From positions 1 through 60,758 of the IMG/VR virus record IMGVR_UViG_3300037520_000795: a stretch of DNA of 60,758 bases, one strand, 5' to 3'. Numbering within the stretch: the stretch's first letter is position 1; the number at the start of each line of letters is the position of its first letter. Below, piece by piece: positions 8,102-17,696 of the stretch. This DNA comes from a virus (taxonomy: Duplodnaviria > Caudoviricetes). Under the pieces are notes generated by a model. That model was given only the letters and a program-made list of their open reading frames with translations, searched no databases and had not been told where the DNA came from. A program made the position numbers and the translations under genes.

Positions 8102-10550
8102 TCCCCTCAACAAGCTCGTCCGCAGTGCCGAGCGAGCGGGCGACGAGACCCTCGACGTCATTCGGATGTTCCTTCGTCTGGGGCAGAACCCCGCCGACGA
8201 GGTCACGGCTGACGTTGCTGCTGGCTTGCCGAGTGCCGCCGCACAGATTCCAGTGCCGCCACCAACTGGTGCTGGTTCATTCGGCCGTGGACCGGCCATG
8301 CCTGCCCCCGTTGTCGCGACTCCGCAAACCCCAGCCACCCAGGGCATTGGTGGTCTTGGCTGGAGCGGCTCTGCACAGGCTGCTGGCGATGTGGCAGAAA
8401 GCCTCCCGGCGGTTGTGGCACCTCCTTCCGCACCGGCTCCCGCCGGGTATCTTGAGTCGCTTCTGGCTCGACTTGGCATCGGCGGGCAGGCTGCCCCCAA
8501 GAGACCGGCGGTCTTTCGCCTTCCTGACCAGTCGCCTTCTGTAGCGGACGCGAGTGGAACGCTTGGCAGTGACTACGTTCGTCAAGCCCAAGCAGCCGCG
8601 GAGGAAGCTTCTAACGCAGACATGGCTCGCCAGTTGGAGGCGATTGCCCAAGACGCCAGCGGCGGGGTTGTGCCCGTCAACCCAAGAAGCGTCCAGTTGA
8701 ATCGGCCGGTCCTCAACAATGCCGAAATCGCAGAGCAAGTCGACGCTGACAAGGCCAAGGAACTGGCTTTCATGTCCGGGCGGTTTGATGGCTTGCAGAA
8801 TCAGACAGGCCCCATGACGGACCTTCGTCGATCGGTGATCGCTGACCGCGTTGTCGAAGCAAACCGGGCGCGTCAAATCCTTCAAGGCCAGATGCAAATG
8901 CGAGAGCAGATTGGCAATGCTCTCGATGCCGCGAGGGGCGTAGCGGCCAAGTGGGGTGGTCCCGCTGGCGTTGCTGCTGGCGTCGGGGCTGGTGCCGCTG
9001 CGCTCAACAATCTTTCCAAGGACATGCGCCGGTCTTCTGGGGCGACCACGGCTGACCTTGCGGCTGCCGTTCCGGCCATTGCCGCTGTGCCCGACGAGCA
9101 GCCGAGCTACATGGCGTCTAACCCAGGAGCCGAGGTCACCCCAGAGCAGCGAGCCAAGGCGGCGGCGGATTACGAAGCGTTGCAGCAGTTGAACCACAAC
9201 GCGAACATGCTGTACGGCACGGCCGTGCCCGTGTCGGAAGGCGATGCTCGTGTTCAAACCGCCGCATCCAAGGTCCTTGCTCCCATCAAAGCGCAAAGCA
9301 GGGCCGAAGACAACCGCCTCGCCGCCATGGCAAGCGACCAAGACCTTGCCCACATGGAGGAAGTCCAACGGCAGCAGGAATCCAACCTGCGTATGCAGGC
9401 CATGGCTGACGGATTGCCGAAGCCCCAGGCACAACAGAAGAAGTCTGACGCCGCTCTCCCGTCCGACAACCTCGCGGCCGTCGAGCAGCAGATCACGCCC
9501 GAACCCATGGTCAAGTCCAAGCCGAAGCCCATCGCCACGGCTTCTGCCTACGACGACCCGACTGGCTCGCGGTTCAACATGCTGATCGCGAACCTCGCCC
9601 AAAAGGCTGGCATCTCGGTTGAGGAAGCTCGGGCCATGTACAAGGAGGGCGTGGCCAAGGACCTGTCTCCTCGTCAGGCCATGCAGCCCGTCATCGACCT
9701 GGGTGCCCAGGCACGAAACTCTGACGAGGCTAAGCGTAGGGGGAACGTCTCGCGGGCGGCGATGACCTCGCTGAGCAACCCGCGACGAGAAAGCAACCTC
9801 TTCGGCATGCAGGACCCGGCGGACCAAGCGTACTCGCTGGCTGTTCGTGCCAGCGGTGACAAGGCTGGCCCGAGCCCACGTGAGATGGCCGCACAGAAGC
9901 AGCGAGCCGATGCGGATTATGAGAAGGCGAAGATGGAGAAGGAGGTCCTGGCAGAGCAGGCTCGCCTGGAGCGAGAAAGCCAGGAGCGTCAAAAGACCAT
10001 CATGGCCAACGGGCAGGTCAGCGCCGCCTACCCGTCTGCCCTGGCCACCCTTGCTGGTCAAGGCATGGGTGCGTTCATCGACTGGCTGAAGGTCAACGCC
10101 ATGACAGAAAACGCCAAGGCTGACCGCAAGCAAGCCGAAGAACTTTACAACACGCCCAAGCCAGAGACTGCCACTGACGCGGCTGTCAGGCAGGAAACAA
10201 AGGTCAAGGGTGAAGCGGCTGCCACCACCACGAAGTTAGCGGAATACCAAAGGCGAGATGCGGTTATTGGAATCCCAGGTGCCGCGGAGGCATTGGCCAC
10301 CGGTAAGTTCCGCGTGCAGCCTGCGAGGGACGCTTTGCAGAAGCTTGCGGCAGACGCCCGCAAGGCTGGAGGCCAGTGGTTTGGGGTCAACGACAAGGCG
10401 ATTGAGTCCATGAACCAAAGCCTTGAGATGATGGGCGTCACGGACCCGGCTCTGCGATCGCAGCTTGTGCAGGAGTACCTGGGAGGCGGTGCCCAACCGG
10501 CGATGCCAGGGCGACCCGACCTTCCCGACAACTGGCAGAGAGACATGTAA
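8094..10550 (+). CDS. Large Ala-rich putative ejection protein with an NPLN leader
   Basis: 818 aa; starts MANPLNKL; central hydrophobic Gly/Ala segment (GVAAGVGAGAAAL); coiled coils. Confidence 0.65.
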   Translation: MANPLNKLVRSAERAGDETLDVIRMFLRLGQNPADEVTADVAAGLPSAAAQIPVPPPTGAGSFGRGPAMPAPVVATPQTPATQGIGGLGWSGSAQAAGDVAESLPAVVAPPSAPAPAGYLESLLARLGIGGQAAPKRPAVFRLPDQSPSVADASGTLGSDYVRQAQAAAEEASNADMARQLEAIAQDASGGVVPVNPRSVQLNRPVLNNAEIAEQVDADKAKELAFMSGRFDGLQNQTGPMTDLRRSVIADRVVEANRARQILQGQMQMREQIGNALDAARGVAAKWGGPAGVAAGVGAGAAALNNLSKDMRRSSGATTADLAAAVPAIAAVPDEQPSYMASNPGAEVTPEQRAKAAADYEALQQLNHNANMLYGTAVPVSEGDARVQTAASKVLAPIKAQSRAEDNRLAAMASDQDLAHMEEVQRQQESNLRMQAMADGLPKPQAQQKKSDAALPSDNLAAVEQQITPEPMVKSKPKPIATASAYDDPTGSRFNMLIANLAQKAGISVEEARAMYKEGVAKDLSPRQAMQPVIDLGAQARNSDEAKRRGNVSRAAMTSLSNPRRESNLFGMQDPADQAYSLAVRASGDKAGPSPREMAAQKQRADADYEKAKMEKEVLAEQARLERESQERQKTIMANGQVSAAYPSALATLAGQGMGAFIDWLKVNAMTENAKADRKQAEELYNTPKPETATDAAVRQETKVKGEAAATTTKLAEYQRRDAVIGIPGAAEALATGKFRVQPARDALQKLAADARKAGGQWFGVNDKAIESMNQSLEMMGVTDPALRSQLVQEYLGGGAQPAMPGRPDLPDNWQRDM

Positions 10551-10553
10551 GGC

Positions 10554-13500
10554 ATGGCACGTTCACCACTCTATGACCTCTACGGTTCCGCTGGTGGTGA
10601 CGCTGGCTATGAGCCACTGGAGTTCGACCCGGCAACCGGCGAGTTTCGCAGGCGACGAGAGCTTCTTGCCGACCTTCTCCCAGAGGAGGAGAAGAAGACC
10701 ATGCTTCGGAAGCTCTCCGAAGTCGGGTCAAGCGGCATCGCCGGTCTAGGCTGGTTGCTCGACACCCCAGGGTCAGTTGTCCGAGGCACGCTCTCTGGCG
10801 GGCCTATGAAGGGTCTGTCTGCCCTTTGGGACACCAGCGAGGACCGGGTGTCGGGTCGTGATCTTGCTCGCCAGTACGGCCTTGCTGGCAGCGAAGACAC
10901 GTGGACGAACTTCGCGGGCGGGATCGGCACTGAGTTGCTCCTGGACCCGCTGTCGTACCTCACGCTCGGTGCTTCTCAAATCCTGGGCCGTGGGGCCACG
11001 ACGGCATCGGGCCGGTTGCTGCGTGCGGCGGGCGGGCTCGACAACGTCGACGAGCTTGCCCGACTTGCGGAGGTGGCCAAGGCAACTGCCGCTGGTGCCC
11101 CGGACGCCGCCCAGATCGCCAAGGGGCTGCCCCGGCAGTTCGCCCGGCAGAACACTCCAGCCTCCGTCTTGGAGATGCTGGACGACACCGTCAAGCTGCC
11201 GAACTATGCAGATGACACGCTGAACATGGTCGAGACCCAGCGGTCTCGCGTGGCCAACCGGTTCAAGGAACTTGCCGACCGAGAGGGCCTCGACTACCAG
11301 GAGCTTCTCAATCAACCCCTGGCCCGCATGAACAGTTGGGGGTCTCCCTGGAGCCACAAGGACGCCTTCGATCTGTTTGGCGAGAAGGTCGGCGACTGGG
11401 CTGCCAAGTTCGGTGACGAGACAGCAGAGGGTATTCGGCAGGCCCCGTACCTGGGCAGGGCAGTTCGGACGGCCGCGAAGGTCTTTGATCCACGGGTCAT
11501 GGACTTCATCACCGCCAAGGGACAGGACCAAGCCCGACGCCTGTTCGGCATGCAGGAGTCCGCGACCAAGGAAGGACGCGAACGGCTGGCCCGGTACATG
11601 CTGGAAGCCCAGAACGACATCACCCAAGCTGGCGTCGTTCAGAGCAGCCCGGAGTACGCACGCTACTTCCTCAACGCCATCAACGACACTCCGGAGTTCA
11701 ACGACTTCCTGCCTGCGGACCATCCGATCCGTGCCCTGTTTGCGGAGGGCACCGCCAACGATCGGCTGGTCAAGGAGGCTCGCAGGATTTTCGAAGAGGC
11801 TCCCGAGCGTGCAGCCGAGCTTGGCCTGAAGTTCACCAAGTGGCAATCCAAGGCTGGCTCAAAGTTCTACCCCCGACAGCAGACTCGCTTCGACATCGCG
11901 GAGGTGCCGGTGTGGCCCGAGGGCTCGCCGGTTCCGAACCCATACCAAAAGAACGCGTGGCAGCGAGGCTTCCAGCGGGCGGCAACCAGGGACACTTCCT
12001 CCCTGTCGCGTGCCGACTACATGGACATGTTTGGCGGGACCGACATCGCCAACCAGATGTCGCTGGACAAGGGGTTCGAAGGCGTCCTCGACACCACGGC
12101 ACCGACGCACCGAGTCACGCTCAGCACAGGAGCGACGGCAGACGTCATCCGCGAAGCCGATGGCTCGATGTCCCTGATCGGCAGTGGCGGCGAACTTACT
12201 CCGCTCGACCCTGCATTGGTTCGCTCGTCCACGCCATTGCCGCCTTCCATGACGGGGGCCCGCAAGGCGCTCGCAGAGGTGCTTCGTGCCACTCCGGACG
12301 CCGAGGTGCAGAAGGTCATCCGCGACTGGGTGGGGGAGATCAACCCCGCGACCGGCGAGAGGATGCGGTACTCCACCCTGGACGACGACATCTACAAGTG
12401 GGTGGACGAGACCGACGAAGAGACAGGCAAGTTCCTGTACGACGTCCCGAGCCTGCCGAAAGAACATCCGCTCGTCCAGCGAATGACCGCACTCACCGAA
12501 GAGTTGCGAGCCGTGCCGGACGGCTGGGCAGGCGAGGCCGACAAGCTGCGTCTGTCTGGAGAGATGAACTCTCTGAGGGAGCAGATTCAAGCCGAGGCTC
12601 GGGCGACGTACAAGAACTCGCTGTACGTGCAACTGTCCGACCTCATGCGTCAGTTGGACCCGCAGCACGCACGCAAGGGCGTACCGCTGTTCGGCAACAA
12701 CCCGTGGAACGAACTCCAGAACTACGTGTCGAAGCGTGCTGGAACGGAGGTAAACGGCGAGTTCCTGCTGAACCTCATGCGGGAACACCAGATCGGCCAG
12801 TCGCCTGAGTTCGTTCCGGGCGGGCAGGTCTACGGCATCGACGAAGTGGCTCGCCTGCTGAAGTTTGATCCAGCCATCTTCCGCAAGGCGTACGCCAAGA
12901 AGTTCGGCATTGGCCTGGACGACCTGCCGCCCGGCAATCCGGCGATGGACGGAGCGGAACGTGCGGCCGAGATTCTCGCCCACCAAGAGCAGGCTCTGAA
13001 CAAGGTCGCCTTCCCCACCAGCCTCATCGACGACTGGGCTGGGCATGTCAAGCGGGGTGCCACCAGCCCTGGCGGCGACGACCTGCTCAAGCCGTACGAC
13101 GACTACACTTCGTCGTTCAAGACGCTGGCTCTCTTGTGGCCCGCCCGCTACTTCCGCGACCTGTACTCGGGTGCATTTGCGGCCGCGGCGAAGGGAAGAT
13201 TCAACCCATCATCGTGGCTTGCTGGCAAGCAGATTCGCGAGGGGGACTATGAACGGCTCGGCAAGATTCTGGCCGATGCCCCTGGTTACAGGCACCTTGA
13301 AAATCCCGCAGCACGTGTCAAGAAGTTCTTGGTCGAGTCTGCCGGTGCTGGAATGTCTACCAGCACCGCGACGGACGAGCTTGCCCGAGGAGCCGGTGGA
13401 GCGTTGCTTGACGAGCCGTACCCAGGTGCCAGCCGTCCAGAGTGGGGCAGCTTGAAGCGGAAGGTCTACAACCCAGACCGCACATGGAAGCAGGCGTTCG

Positions 13501-14639
13501 TTGGCGAGGGGTTTGGCCGGGATACGTGGAACCCGTTCCTTGGCGACTTCTCGCCATTCGCAACGCGAGGGTCGGGCGGCAACCGCAATCCGCTCATGGA
13601 CCTTGGCGATCGTGCCGCCGAAACCACGGACTCGATGAACCGGTACGGCACGTACCTGGAAGGTATCCTTCGCGGCGACTCGCCATCCCAGGCGGCGGCG
13701 ATGGCCAATCTGACGCAGGTGAACTACAAGCCCACCGCGTTCACATCCTTTGAGCGAGACGTCCTCAAGCGACTGTTCCCCTTCTACAGCTACACCAAGG
13801 GGATCACGCCCTTCATCGCAGACGAAGTCCTCAACAACCCAACGGGCTTGACCGGCCTGTCGGTTCGCACGATCAACCGTGCCACGGAGCCGAACGAAGA
13901 CTTCTTCACGCCCGAGTACCTCCGTCAGTCTGCAAGCATCCCGCTCCCGTCCGGCTTCCCCGGCCTGGGATTGCCAGAAGGCAGCCCACTTCAGCGGTTC
14001 GTCACCAACATCGACCTGCCGTATGAGAGTGCCGTCAACCTCATTACCCCTGGGGTGGGCAACACCACGTGGGACAAGTTCTCTTCCGGTGCCCAGAAGA
14101 CGGCGTCCAACATCCTTGGCCAAAGCAACCCGCTGCTCAAGGGCGTATTGGAGATGGTCTCCAACCGCCAGTTCTATTCGGGTCGCCAGTTGTCAGACCT
14201 GTACTCGATGCTTGAGCAGACCCTCGGCACGCCCGGACGCACCATCGAGCAGATCGCACTCAATGCTCCTGGCGGCTCGCGGGCCATTGGCGTCATCCGA
14301 CAACTCACTGACGATCGTCTGACCCCAGCCGAGCGGGCCACCAAGCTTGCGGTCAACACGCTCCTGGGCATCAAGCTGCAAGACGTTGACCAGGAACGCA
14401 CCAAGCAACTGGCCGCTCGCAACACGCTCAATGAACTCCTGTCCTCGACTGCCGGTGTTCGCACGTACGAAAACATCACGGTCCCCGACGAGGCCCTGCT
14501 GAAGATGCCGCCCGAACAGCGTCGGATGTACCTGCTCTACAAGGTCATCCAGTCGGAAGCGTCCAAGAAGGCCCGCCTCCGAGAGAAGGCGGAAGCCGCT
14601 CTAAACCCAGCAGCCGCAATGGGTTTGAGGATGCCCTAA
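10554..14639 (+). CDS. Very large putative ejection/internal virion protein
   Basis: 1361 aa; N-terminal GIGTELLLDPLSYL and C-terminal FERDVLKRLFPFYSY segments are typical of the largest podovirus internal proteins; last gene of the structural operon. Confidence 0.65.
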   Translation: MARSPLYDLYGSAGGDAGYEPLEFDPATGEFRRRRELLADLLPEEEKKTMLRKLSEVGSSGIAGLGWLLDTPGSVVRGTLSGGPMKGLSALWDTSEDRVSGRDLARQYGLAGSEDTWTNFAGGIGTELLLDPLSYLTLGASQILGRGATTASGRLLRAAGGLDNVDELARLAEVAKATAAGAPDAAQIAKGLPRQFARQNTPASVLEMLDDTVKLPNYADDTLNMVETQRSRVANRFKELADREGLDYQELLNQPLARMNSWGSPWSHKDAFDLFGEKVGDWAAKFGDETAEGIRQAPYLGRAVRTAAKVFDPRVMDFITAKGQDQARRLFGMQESATKEGRERLARYMLEAQNDITQAGVVQSSPEYARYFLNAINDTPEFNDFLPADHPIRALFAEGTANDRLVKEARRIFEEAPERAAELGLKFTKWQSKAGSKFYPRQQTRFDIAEVPVWPEGSPVPNPYQKNAWQRGFQRAATRDTSSLSRADYMDMFGGTDIANQMSLDKGFEGVLDTTAPTHRVTLSTGATADVIREADGSMSLIGSGGELTPLDPALVRSSTPLPPSMTGARKALAEVLRATPDAEVQKVIRDWVGEINPATGERMRYSTLDDDIYKWVDETDEETGKFLYDVPSLPKEHPLVQRMTALTEELRAVPDGWAGEADKLRLSGEMNSLREQIQAEARATYKNSLYVQLSDLMRQLDPQHARKGVPLFGNNPWNELQNYVSKRAGTEVNGEFLLNLMREHQIGQSPEFVPGGQVYGIDEVARLLKFDPAIFRKAYAKKFGIGLDDLPPGNPAMDGAERAAEILAHQEQALNKVAFPTSLIDDWAGHVKRGATSPGGDDLLKPYDDYTSSFKTLALLWPARYFRDLYSGAFAAAAKGRFNPSSWLAGKQIREGDYERLGKILADAPGYRHLENPAARVKKFLVESAGAGMSTSTATDELARGAGGALLDEPYPGASRPEWGSLKRKVYNPDRTWKQAFVGEGFGRDTWNPFLGDFSPFATRGSGGNRNPLMDLGDRAAETTDSMNRYGTYLEGILRGDSPSQAAAMANLTQVNYKPTAFTSFERDVLKRLFPFYSYTKGITPFIADEVLNNPTGLTGLSVRTINRATEPNEDFFTPEYLRQSASIPLPSGFPGLGLPEGSPLQRFVTNIDLPYESAVNLITPGVGNTTWDKFSSGAQKTASNILGQSNPLLKGVLEMVSNRQFYSGRQLSDLYSMLEQTLGTPGRTIEQIALNAPGGSRAIGVIRQLTDDRLTPAERATKLAVNTLLGIKLQDVDQERTKQLAARNTLNELLSSTAGVRTYENITVPDEALLKMPPEQRRMYLLYKVIQSEASKKARLREKAEAALNPAAAMGLRMP

Positions 14640-14658
14640 GATTTTTCGGATTGTGGTA

Positions 14659-14686
14659 TTGACCTCCCTGCGCTGGCGAGTACACT
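14659..14686 (+). promoter_or_regulatory. Sigma-70-type promoter for the recombination/replication operon
   Basis: TTGACC-N16-TACACT in the intergenic gap; AGGAGG SD at 14721. Confidence 0.6.
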
Positions 14687-14731
14687 TCGCCCCCGTCGCA
14701 CATGACGCGACGACCCCCGCAGGAGGATGGC

Positions 14732-15562
14732 ATGGAACTGCCAGTCAAGTTTGTTGGCATGAGCGGCGACGACTACCGCTCGCACAACGACTTCTTCAGC
14801 CGGTCCTACCTGTCTGCCGTCTACAAGCACGGGGCCAGGGCCCAGCAGTGGATGGACCTGGGGCATCAGCTTGTCCCGCAGACCAACTCCCTCACGGTCG
14901 GAACCCGCTTTGATCGCGTGGTCGAGGGCATCATCCAAGGCCGGTCGATCGACGACATGATCTTCACGCCCCCGGCGGAAGTCCTGACCAAGCAGGGACA
15001 CCGTCGAGGCAAGGCGTACGACGAATGGAAGTCCAACCAGAACGGCATCGTTGTCAGTGCTGATGACGAGTTCCAGCTTCGGTCGATGGTCGAGTCCCTC
15101 ATGGCTCACAAGGCTGCTCGGGACTTGGTCGAGATGTCGACCGAGACGCAGGTCAGCGTGTTCTTTGAGATCGACGGGCACCGCGTGAAGGTACGCCCGG
15201 ACGGATGCCTGCCGACCATGTGGTGGGACTTGAAGTCGACAAGCTCGACTTGGGATCGCATTTACAACTCGGCGGCAGACTATGGCTACTACGAACAGGA
15301 GTGGCTGTACGTCAAGGGTGCCATGGCCATCGGCCTTGAGTGGCACCGGATGCCGTTCGTGTTCACGCAGACCATGCCTCCCTACGCAACGGAGGTCATG
15401 TATCTTCCGGAGGAGTTGGTAGAGATTGCCGGGGAGCGGATGAAGGAGGCCATGGAAGTTGCGAGTCTTCGCATTTCCACGGGCGTCTACACCCCGGACG
15501 AGTATTCCATTCAAGAGATGAAGGTTCCGACATGGGCAAGGAGGGCTTACATTGAGGGCTAA
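14732..15562 (+). CDS. PD-(D/E)XK exonuclease VIII-like (RecE/DUF3799-type) nuclease
   Basis: DDYRSH..FSRS, KVRPDG...WWDLKST and YGYYEQ..LY motifs; adjacent to an annealase gene. Confidence 0.8.
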   Translation: MELPVKFVGMSGDDYRSHNDFFSRSYLSAVYKHGARAQQWMDLGHQLVPQTNSLTVGTRFDRVVEGIIQGRSIDDMIFTPPAEVLTKQGHRRGKAYDEWKSNQNGIVVSADDEFQLRSMVESLMAHKAARDLVEMSTETQVSVFFEIDGHRVKVRPDGCLPTMWWDLKSTSSTWDRIYNSAADYGYYEQEWLYVKGAMAIGLEWHRMPFVFTQTMPPYATEVMYLPEELVEIAGERMKEAMEVASLRISTGVYTPDEYSIQEMKVPTWARRAYIEG

Positions 15563-16247
15563 TGACTATTTGCTGGGGAACAGCGAGTCCCCGGAAACCA
15601 AGCAGATCGTGGCTGCTTTGGCCAAGGCACAGATGGAGTTCCCGAACATCATCGAGGACGCCAAGAACTCGCACCTTGGCAACAGCTACGCCACGTTCCA
15701 GCAGTGTTCGGCTGCCCTCCGCGGGCCGCTGACCAAGCACGGGCTGGCGTTGCCGCAGTACCAGACATGCCTCAACCAGCAGGTTGGCTGGGTGTGTGTG
15801 GGCACGCTGCGGCATCAGAGCGGGGAGTACATCACCGGCATGGTGCCGCTGTTGAACCACCCGATCCGCAGGAAGGACCGCCGCACGGACGAGGTGGTCG
15901 AGGAGCCGCCGTCGATGCAGGGCTTCGGTGCCTGCCTCACGTACGCCAAGAGGCAGCTTCTGCTTGCCTTGACTGGTGCGTGGGTTGGTGAGGTGGACGA
16001 CGACGGGAACACGGAGTCCACTCCGCTTGCCCCGGCTGTTGGCCTGCCCGATCCGCCAGACATGACTCCGATGGAGAACAACTACTCGACGTTGATGCAG
16101 GAGAAGATTCTGGCATCGGAGTCTGCCGCGGAAGCCAAGAAGGTGCTTGATGTTGTCAAGCTCCGCGTCCGTGAGAAGAAGGTTGGCCGGGCTGTGTTGG
16201 CCCGGTGTTCGGAGGTGTTCACTAAGAAGTTCGGAGGTGAGGCATGA
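15552..16247 (+). CDS. ERF-family single-strand annealing protein
   Basis: ALAKAQ.EF..I...N.H....YA, QGFGACLTYAKR and DDDG motifs. Confidence 0.8.
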   Translation: MRANDYLLGNSESPETKQIVAALAKAQMEFPNIIEDAKNSHLGNSYATFQQCSAALRGPLTKHGLALPQYQTCLNQQVGWVCVGTLRHQSGEYITGMVPLLNHPIRRKDRRTDEVVEEPPSMQGFGACLTYAKRQLLLALTGAWVGEVDDDGNTESTPLAPAVGLPDPPDMTPMENNYSTLMQEKILASESAAEAKKVLDVVKLRVREKKVGRAVLARCSEVFTKKFGGEA

Positions 16248-16594
16248 GCTACCAAAGGATCATCATTCAAGGCAATCTCGGCGGCGAGCCCGAGATCGTG
16301 ACGACCAAGAGCGGCAAGGAGGTGGTCAAGTTCCGCCTCGCCCAGTCGGACCCGTTCACCCAGAGCACCAACTGGTTCAGTTGCGAGTACTGGCGTGGCG
16401 GCAAGGTGGTTGGCTACCTCGCCAAAGGTGGCCAGATTCTTGTCGAGGGGTCCATGCGGCAGGAGGAGTGGGAGAAGGATGGCGTCAAGCGGACGTCGTG
16501 GATCGTGAACGTCGACAACATCACCCTGCTCGGTGGCGGTGGCGGTCGACGCCAGAACGACGATGACGATCTGGCCAATGACTACCGGCGATAG
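16244..16594 (+). CDS. ssb: Single-stranded DNA-binding protein
   Basis: GNLGGEPE, YLAKGGQILVEG and WEKDGVKR motifs; acidic tail. Confidence 0.9.
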   Translation: MSYQRIIIQGNLGGEPEIVTTKSGKEVVKFRLAQSDPFTQSTNWFSCEYWRGGKVVGYLAKGGQILVEGSMRQEEWEKDGVKRTSWIVNVDNITLLGGGGGRRQNDDDDLANDYRR

Positions 16595-16630
16595 TGCGAG
16601 GCAGTGTCGACAGCACCACTGCTGACGCCT

Positions 16631-16671
16631 CCCCAGGGGCTGGTTACCTCCACCAGCCCCTGGGGTTTTTT
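16631..16671 (+). terminator. Rho-independent terminator
   Basis: 14-bp stem ccccaggggctggt/accagcccctgggg followed by T6. Confidence 0.8.
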
Positions 16672-16683
16672 GAAAGGACTCAC

Positions 16684-17232
16684 ATGAACCTCATGCTCCC
16701 CTTCGACGAACCGACCGGCCTCAAGCTGCGGGACTATCAGGAAGAGATCGTCCGCAAGAACATCGCTGCCATGGAGAGCGGAGTGAAGTCCGTCCTCAAT
16801 GGCCTGTTCACGGGGGCAGGCAAGACCGTATGCTTCGTGGAGCTTGCGAACCGGATTGCCGGACGCACGCTCATCATCTGCCCAATGCGTGAGCTTGTCT
16901 GGCAGGCGTGCGAGAAGGTGCATGCCATCACAGGCCGCGAGGCTGCTGTCGAGATGGCTGACTTCCGAGCCAACGAGGACTGGCCATCGAAGATCATCGT
17001 GGCGTCCAAGCAGACACTGCTGTCCCGGATGGGCGGGCAGCACCGCTACCGACGCTTCGATGGCTTCCAGCTTGTGATCGTTGACGAAGCTCACCTCATG
17101 ATGTCGGACTCGGTCAAGCAGATGCTGCGTTTCTTTCAAGACCAAGGTGCCATGGTCGCGGGGTTCACCGCAACGCCGTTCCGTATGGACGGCAAGCCCA
17201 TGGTCGCCGCTATGGAGACGTCACCCCAATGA
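16684..17232 (+). CDS. SF2 (DEAH) helicase, N-terminal RecA1 half
   Basis: LRDYQ, Walker A FTGAGKT, IVDEAH and GFTATP; SD AAGGA before ATG 16684. Confidence 0.85.
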   Translation: MNLMLPFDEPTGLKLRDYQEEIVRKNIAAMESGVKSVLNGLFTGAGKTVCFVELANRIAGRTLIICPMRELVWQACEKVHAITGREAAVEMADFRANEDWPSKIIVASKQTLLSRMGGQHRYRRFDGFQLVIVDEAHLMMSDSVKQMLRFFQDQGAMVAGFTATPFRMDGKPMVAAMETSPQ

Positions 17233-17696
17233 GCGAGAAGTCTTTGGTCGACTGGAACGAGGTCCGCATCACGGCCGCGAAGGCCATGGCGAGGGGCGTC
17301 ATGTGTTCGGTGTCTGGCGAGGAGCTTGCCAAGATGGCACGCGTCGGGCTGTTCCTGACCAAGCAGTTCCAGTTCCTGCGGTTGTCGCGGAAGCGACTCA
17401 AGGCCGATCTGGAGGCCGCTCGGTCGGAGCATGAGCGGACACGCATGGCCTACGCCGGTCGCCTCCATGGGGCACAGGAAGGGGCACGGTCGGCACGAAA
17501 GGGCATGGAGCGTATGCGGACCCGTCTTCAGCGGGAGACGGACCGGGCTGACGAGCTTGCCCTTCAGTGCCACCTCATGGCCGAGAGGATGGCATGCGTT
17601 GAGCGTGCCTGCTGGCAGTACCAGAAGGAAGCTCTCCAGATGATGGGCAGCGAGCCGGGTGGCCAGTGCCCTCCCGAATCCGATGGAGACGAGTGA
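17229..17696 (+). CDS. Coiled-coil hypothetical protein between the helicase halves
   Basis: ATGA and TGATG coupling to the two helicase ORFs. Confidence 0.65.
   Translation: MSEKSLVDWNEVRITAAKAMARGVMCSVSGEELAKMARVGLFLTKQFQFLRLSRKRLKADLEAARSEHERTRMAYAGRLHGAQEGARSARKGMERMRTRLQRETDRADELALQCHLMAERMACVERACWQYQKEALQMMGSEPGGQCPPESDGDE

Noticed and set aside
8277-10133. 618-aa minus-strand ORF, and similar antisense ORFs such as 55261-57594, 11859-13046 and 30082-31416
   Set aside because: Antisense shadows expected in high-GC coding DNA; they have no motifs and lie opposite well-supported genes.
17212-17691. 9-bp direct repeat atggagacg flanking the gene inside the helicase, as a target-site duplication or excision site
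   Set aside because: Removing the 471 bp between the copies leaves the helicase halves out of frame, and there are no transposase or intron hallmarks.
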